Position numbers and translations under genes: made by a program. DNA of 64,000 nucleotides from Chrysomallon squamiferum (Eukaryota; Animalia; Mollusca): the NCBI GenBank assembly GCA_012295275.1, contig CM022673.1, positions 24,304,001 to 24,368,000 of the forward strand, written 5' to 3'. Positions 57,295 through 64,000 of this stretch are shown here, piece after piece; position 1 is the first letter of the stretch; each line of letters begins with the position of its first letter. The notes beneath the pieces are model-generated. The model was not told the DNA's origin. It worked only from the letters and a program-made list of their open reading frames with translations, and did not search any database.

Positions 57295-58949
57295 AAACAA
57301 AGGACTAGGGCAAAAGACAAAACATTTTTTAATTTTTTTTTTAAATGACGTGTCTGGATGAAATGTATAAAATTTAATATTGTTTCATTACTAAAACAGT
57401 TACTCAGTGATGTATATCAGAGTTGAAAGGGTGCAGTGTAAATATAATCTCTTCAGACGTGCATGCAGGTCACAGAGACTATTAAAAACACATAATAAAA
57501 TTACAAAGGTGAGTTTATATCGGGGCAGGGATTAAGACTGTCAGAAATTAGCGATAAAATCACACTTTTGTTTTCCTTTGATGTTCTAAATGTTTTAACG
57601 GCTAAAATGCAGAGGAGTTTAAAACGAATAAAATTATCATTTCTGAGTTGCCTTTACCATAGTTTAATAACTAGTTGCCGATAAACTTTTGTACTGAATT
57701 GTCTGTAAACATTCATTCATTCATTCATTCATATCTGAAGAAAATGTCGTCTCTGGTGACTTTTCGAGAATATTTTCATAATAATTTATTTTTTGTTGTA
57801 TACCTCTCAAGTTTAGAATAATGTTTCGATCAAAATGAAATTTCATCTTCAGTTTTTTTTTTTTTATCTCATTTGTAAATTTCTGTTTGTGTTTCATAGA
57901 TTAAACGACAAGGTGCGAAGTATTCCGAAGTCATTTAATTATAAGCTATATGTTATTGTCCTTAATTTTTTATTTATTTATTATGTAAATTAACTGTTGA
58001 CAGATTTTGCCTAAATTCTAAATACGAAATAATAAACAAATATATAAACTAATTAATTAAATTATAATAAAATTTAATTAGATGACAATAAAATAACAGT
58101 AATAATAATTAAAACAGTAGTAATAATAACAATATAAAAAAAATAAATAATAAAAAAAAAAAAAAAAAATCCAACAGTAATAAAAAATAAATAAGAAAAT
58201 GAATAACAACACTAAAATAAGTAACAGCAACAACCAAACAAACACGTGTGATTCAGAGAGCAAAGAACAAGATTAACAAAACAGTAACTATTTGTGACAT
58301 GCAACATCATGACAAGAACGTCATTTTGTTATCAACAGTCCTTGAAGTTTTGTCTTTTGTTAGTTGTATCACCTGACTGCTAATAAATAAAAGCACATTA
58401 CAATTACGTGTGTATGTTCCATATTCACCTGCACGAACACGACTGATCACAAAACAGCAAGTCAGTTCAGGTATTTCAAGGTTTATGTAATAAAAGAAGG
58501 CGACATTTGTTCAGGGCTAATCTAACGAACCGAAATCTGAATGCTGCCCGTTGAAGATGATTATCTGTTGAAGGACTATTGTCTTTTTTCCGTTATCACA
58601 TTTGTTCGTTTCTTAAATATTTGTGAGACTGGTTTTCCCGAACACACACACACACACACGCACGCACGCACGCACGCACACAGACACACCTTTTCAATCT
58701 CTCATATACAAAACGACTTACACGGTTAGCAACCAAGGTTTATTAAAGTTTATTGACTTTCTTTGGGTTCCTCATACGTTAATTATCGAACAGGCTCCAG
58801 TTGACTGGAACATTACTATTCAGATAGGATTAGTTCCCAGTGTAGTTAGTGCCTGATCTAAGGTTGAAGTGTATGTTTTAACGCCAGTGAAAAGATGCAA
58901 ATGAAATAATTCTTATAGAGTAAACCATAACTTTAGATTTCCTTTTTTT

Positions 58950-59100
58950 TTATTACATGTGTATTTTACCATAATCATGTTTGACGTCATTATAACAGAT
59001 TATTACATATATGGTCCTTAACCATGTTTATGACGTTATATGACAGCAGATTATTACGTGTGTGTTCCTTAACGACATGTATGACGTAAGATGACAGCAT
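58950..59100. repeat. Degenerate tandem repeat, unit about 50 bp, 3 copies
   Basis: ATTAC.T.T.T...CCTTAAC..CATGT.TGACGT....(TG)ACAG recurs three times. Confidence 0.65.
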
Positions 59101-60270
59101 ATAAAAAATGTTTTGATTGGATAGTATTTTATAAATATTAAATTTTATTAATTTATACATAGAATTAAAATAAAATATATTCGCAATTAATATTTAATAA
59201 CGCTTTTTACTGGTTTATGTCATATACGTTTCTGTAACCGAAAATTCAAATTAGAAGGTTTGTTTCTGTGCAGTAGTCTTGGTATATCTGATATGTACTG
59301 TGAAATAGCTTTCTTCTTTTTCTTTGAAGAAAAATTTCTGAACTTGCTTGGATGCTTGAACAGATCTTAAATTATCGACAAAATAGTTATGGCATCACCA
59401 ACAGGTTTTTCATCTTTTTCTTCAGGACGGCACACACCACACTTTTGTTAAACTAGATGGAAACTGGAGTGGTGCTGTGAGCGTATAGCGGAAGACTCGC
59501 CATTTCTCTGACGGAAGTTTTACCACAACAGAGCATTTCAAGTGACATTATAATAATGTACACATAAAACAAATTCCAGTTTCATATAGGATGACGTACA
59601 TTCACCTTGATTATAGACTAAGTATGCATTTCCGACTAGGAATATCATTTTGTCGCCTTGAATCTAGCTGAACATCGAAAACGCGGTAACGACCATATAC
59701 AGTTGCAAAAATATTAAATATATTCGTTTACTGGACGTAAACATTTTATAATGAAAACAATGTCAGCTAGAGAAGAGCGGCAGTCTATCTCCACTTCGGT
59801 TTGCAAAATGTTTCTGTCGTCTGTCTGCTGGGGACCTATATTTGTCCGTGTCGTCTGCCGAGTCAACGCGTGATGTGTCAGCCAAGTTGTCCGTTTCAGA
59901 TTAATCCCCGCCCTATCACAGCGGAACGTATGCGCAGTTAACAAATAGGTCATAATCAGTCAACATCTGCTCCAGAGGTAAACATTGGGAAATTTGTTGC
60001 CTTCCCGACAATTGTCATTGATTTACCATAGTTTGTAGTGCATTTCAGTCAACAACCTTCCTGATTGTTACATATGCCAGTAATACCAAATCAGTACGTT
60101 TTAATGAACAGTCTCAGTATAAATAGAAATTTATCTATTGTATAAATAGAAGTTTAGGTAGGTCCTGCATTTAAAAAAAAATTAAAATAATAAATAAATA
60201 AAAAGTAAAAAGTCCAGAAGTTTGTTTTTTTCCATAAAAGAAAATGAAAAGTGAATTATGGTGGTTACAT

Positions 60271-60310
<40 letters not shown>

Positions 60311-61102
60311 TGTTGTTGTTTTTACGTTCTCATAATTATAATTATAATATATATATTCATATATATTCATATATATATAAAACATTCGAAATTAAGTACA
60401 TACGCACTAACATGCACGCCGATATACACAACATTATCTCTACTTCCTACTTCGGTTACAATTTCATTTAAACCAGGAACCAGAAAATCTTCCTTTAAAA
60501 GACATGACACCGTGAAAAAATTTAACTGCGACGGTAAAAATGCAAATTTTGTTTATGCTGTCAAGAAATATGTATTTTATAAAATACATTTGTCAACTAC
60601 GTATTAGTAATTGAAATGTATATTTGTTGTTAAACTATTTTATGGTCTGTATTATACGTTCTCATATACAAACGCAAATTCATTCAAGGTTTTTTCGAGT
60701 TATGACATTCGAATGTAAACTGGGTTACGTAAACAGAATTTACTGTTATAAAAAGCGCGCCAATGGTATAATCCCCATTTATCAATATTTAACGATACGG
60801 AATTAAACTGTACAGCATTACATTTATTAATGAACGGTGTTTCTCTAGACTTACCTTGGTCTTTTCGTTAAACATGATAAATATATATTTTTTTTATATA
60901 TGTATACAATCAAAATATAAACAAAACAAACATATAATAAAATTATAACTCAGATTTACAGTAACTAAGTAGTAGTATTTCAGTATGTTTTTCAGTGCGT
61001 TTGTATCTGTTTGTAACTAGGTATGTATGTATGTATGTATGTAATGTGTGTATGTATGTATGTATGTATCTAAGTGTGTGTTTGAAGGTATGTGTGTGTG
61101 TA

Positions 61103-61137
<35 letters not shown>

Positions 61138-63281
61138 TATATATATATATATATACACACACGTGTATATACACATACAGATGTCTATGAATGAATGTAT
61201 ACGTGAATGTATGCTTGCGTATGCACGTATCTGTTAGTATATATGTATATGTGTATAATGTGTGTGTGTATGTATGTATGTATGTATATCTCTGTGTATG
61301 AACAGATATGAATATATGTTTTTATAATGTAAGTATGAATAGGTATGTATGTGTATTTCTGAGGCTGGTATGTGTGTATATGTTGGTATGTATAAACACA
61401 CATACACGCATAATCGTATCATTCTGTGTTTAGTTTTGTGCTGAAAATAATTGGTTATTCTCGCAGTCTATTTTGAGTGATGAGATAAAACAAGTCAGTA
61501 ATCAAGTTATGTCAGTTTACTGGAACACTGAGTTATCGATAGTCCCCAGACTTGACTCACCTCAGCTGAAAAATTGAAAATCGATTACCCAGGTGAAACT
61601 CGGTGCATTTAAATGTCAACTAAGTAACAACAGGTATCTGCAAACGTCGTAGTTGTAATAGGCGTTGCTGTTGTGGCAGATGTAGTTGTAGTTTTAAAAA
61701 ATAGCAACAGAAAGGCGACAGAAGTATTACTAGTATTGTATTAAGGTGTTGTGGAAGTGGTGGTTGAAATAATAACACAAGTATAGACACAATGGTGCTG
61801 TTTGTAATAAACACTGGAAAAGTTTATGTAGTTGTGGTCGTTGTGATTCTGGAGGAAGTATAAGAGATGGTATAGTAGTTACAGTGAAAAACAAGTACAA
61901 ATAGTAACAGAAAAAGCTTTTTGTAGTGCCAGAAATACTTGCTGAAATTGTAGTATAGGTAATATCAGAAGTAAGAGTTGAAGTGTGTGTGTGTGTGTCT
62001 GAGATAATACAGATAAAATAATAATGGTGGGTGTAGTTGTAGTATTTTCTTTATTTTTGCTGTTGTTGTAGCTGGGATAGAAGTAGTAGTCGTAATAGAT
62101 CCAGTATAGTAACAACAGTAGTAGAAACAGCAGACAAAAAACTATCACATAACAGTAGAACAGTTGTAAATCAGCAGCAGACTTGTGAGAGTGCGCGTGT
62201 TGTGACACGAACAAACAGTCTAAAAATATCCTCAGTACGTCCACACTATGTTTTATTTCATACTGGCGTTCACTTCTAATTAATAACAAACTAACACAGT
62301 GCAGTTTAAAACTATCTGGGCGTCGCCATGTTTATAAAAACATGACGTTATTTGTTCATGGGCTGTCAGAAGAAATACAACTATCAGTCCGCCAATGACG
62401 TCATGGAAGAAGAGGTAGCATGGCGGTTAAATGTTTTACAAACGTGTCACTTCATTGTCATACTTTGGTTCGAGTGATGATAGATCGACCAAAAACAATA
62501 AGTTTGAAGTGTAAAAAGAATTTTATCAGACAGTTGGTACACATCAACAAAGATACACTCAAGCTTTACGTCTTTCATTAAGAAATCAGTCGCACTGACC
62601 GCTGTCTGTACAGACGCAAATACTCTTAACACTGTATGATCAACACATTCTTAGTAACAGCTTGTACTTTACGAGACAATGCACTGATGTCATAACGTAC
62701 GGTTATCTAGTTAAAACACATTCTTTACAGTGTTCGGCCGCACGAACCTCTCTCTCTCTCTTACAAATGTTCTAATGATTTTTCCAGTAGGGTCTGCTCG
62801 CTTGCGTAATAATTTGTAAATTCAGCGACTTGTTGTTCTCAGTGATGAGCGGAAAGAGGGGATTAGGGACAGGTGAATGAAAGATTTGTGATTTAGAAAG
62901 ATTTGTTATTTTAATAAAATTGTGAAGAAAAAAAAAAAAAAAAACCCCACAAAATAACACACTGATGTCTTCTGAAAGAACAATCAAAATTAATCATAAA
63001 ATATCAAAAATATTAAATACATACATATAAATATTACATACATACACTCATACATACATACGTACGTACATACAACACTAACCACAATGATAATAATAAC
63101 AATTAAAAAGCGTTAAATACAAGTCCAACTGCATAGAGATCAGCATTAAAACTCTACTTTTAATTTAAGGAGTAAATAAATAGTCTTATTTACTCAGAGA
63201 ATACCTCGAAATAATCAACATGTTGGTCTTAAATACATATATTGTGGTTCTTAAACGGTATCAAGAACGGTATTTGTAACT

Positions 63282-63353
63282 TCCCAAGTGGTCTAGTGGT
63301 TAGGATTTCGCGCTCTCACCGCGACGGCCGGGGTTCGATTCCCCGCTTGGGAA
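63282..63353 (+). tRNA. trnE-CTC: tRNA-Glu (anticodon CTC)
   Basis: 72 nt; acceptor stem TCCCAAG/CTTGGGA plus discriminator A; anticodon stem TCGCG/CGCGA with loop CT-CTC-AC; T arm CGGGG-TTCGATT-CCCCG; A box TGGTCTAGTGG; T-runs at 63362-63372 fit a Pol III terminator. Confidence 0.97.
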
Positions 63354-63636
63354 AATATTTGTTTTACTTTTTCGATACTTTTGTCTTATTATTTCAGTAT
63401 ATTAAAGAAAGAAATTGATAAGGAATAATAATTTATCTGATTTTTAGAAAAGTTTGATGTCAAGAAAATAATATCGATAGAGAAACATCATAAAATGTAC
63501 CTGGTAAAATTACTTTTGTTTCATAAAAAGAAATTCTCCACTGATCGTACTGGCTTCCTGCACAGTAACAGTTTTACTTTTTCGATATATTTCAATATAT
63601 ATGACACGCACACACTTGTATTTATATAGACGACGC

Positions 63637-63739
<103 letters not shown>

Positions 63740-64000
63740 TGAATAGTCAAGTTTTATACAATGTTAGCTACGATCATTTATGTTTCATATTCTAACGACA
63801 GTAAAGCACTGACTGGAATGAGAAATAATCCAGTGTTGGCACTAGCCAGCTTTGATCCTGCGTTGTTCTGTTACTGTGCATGTAGACAGTACGATCAGTG
63901 GAGATTTTCTTTTTATCAAACAAATGTAATTTTATCACGTACATTTTGTAAAACTTTATGATGTTTCTTGACATCATACTTTTCTAAAAATCAGATAAAT

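Overview
AT-rich, microsatellite-dense eukaryotic genomic DNA (invertebrate animal; a mollusc-like lophotrochozoan is my inference only). Nearly all ORFs in the supplied track are simple-repeat artefacts. Two spliced protein-coding genes can be reconstructed by hand, in convergent orientation. (1) A + strand single-CRD TNF-receptor-superfamily gene, wengen-like with no death domain (coding exons 9212-9767 and 13094-13401, 287 aa). (2) A - strand SLC6 Na+/Cl- glycine-transporter-like gene with GlyT2-type residues (13 core exons, 36507 to 29810, 640 aa). The first core exon has no start codon and can be fed by two alternative ATG exons (47779-47663, 44548-44396) and up to three frame-preserving cassette/micro-exons (45048-45040, 43839-43786, 41967-41860). 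Also present: an intact tRNA-Glu(CTC) at 63282-63353, a tRNA-derived SINE with a perfect 15-bp TSD, an internally deleted Tc1/mariner element, a Tigger/pogo 5' fragment, a hAT-like MITE, several minisatellites and local duplications. The most notable observations are the modular phase-0 N-terminus of the transporter, a minisatellite built from copies of an exon's splice acceptor (decoy acceptors leading to a stop), and a CpG-depleted domain that tracks the SLC6 transcription unit. I found no evidence for a wholly new class of system. All splice models are manual and need RNA support.
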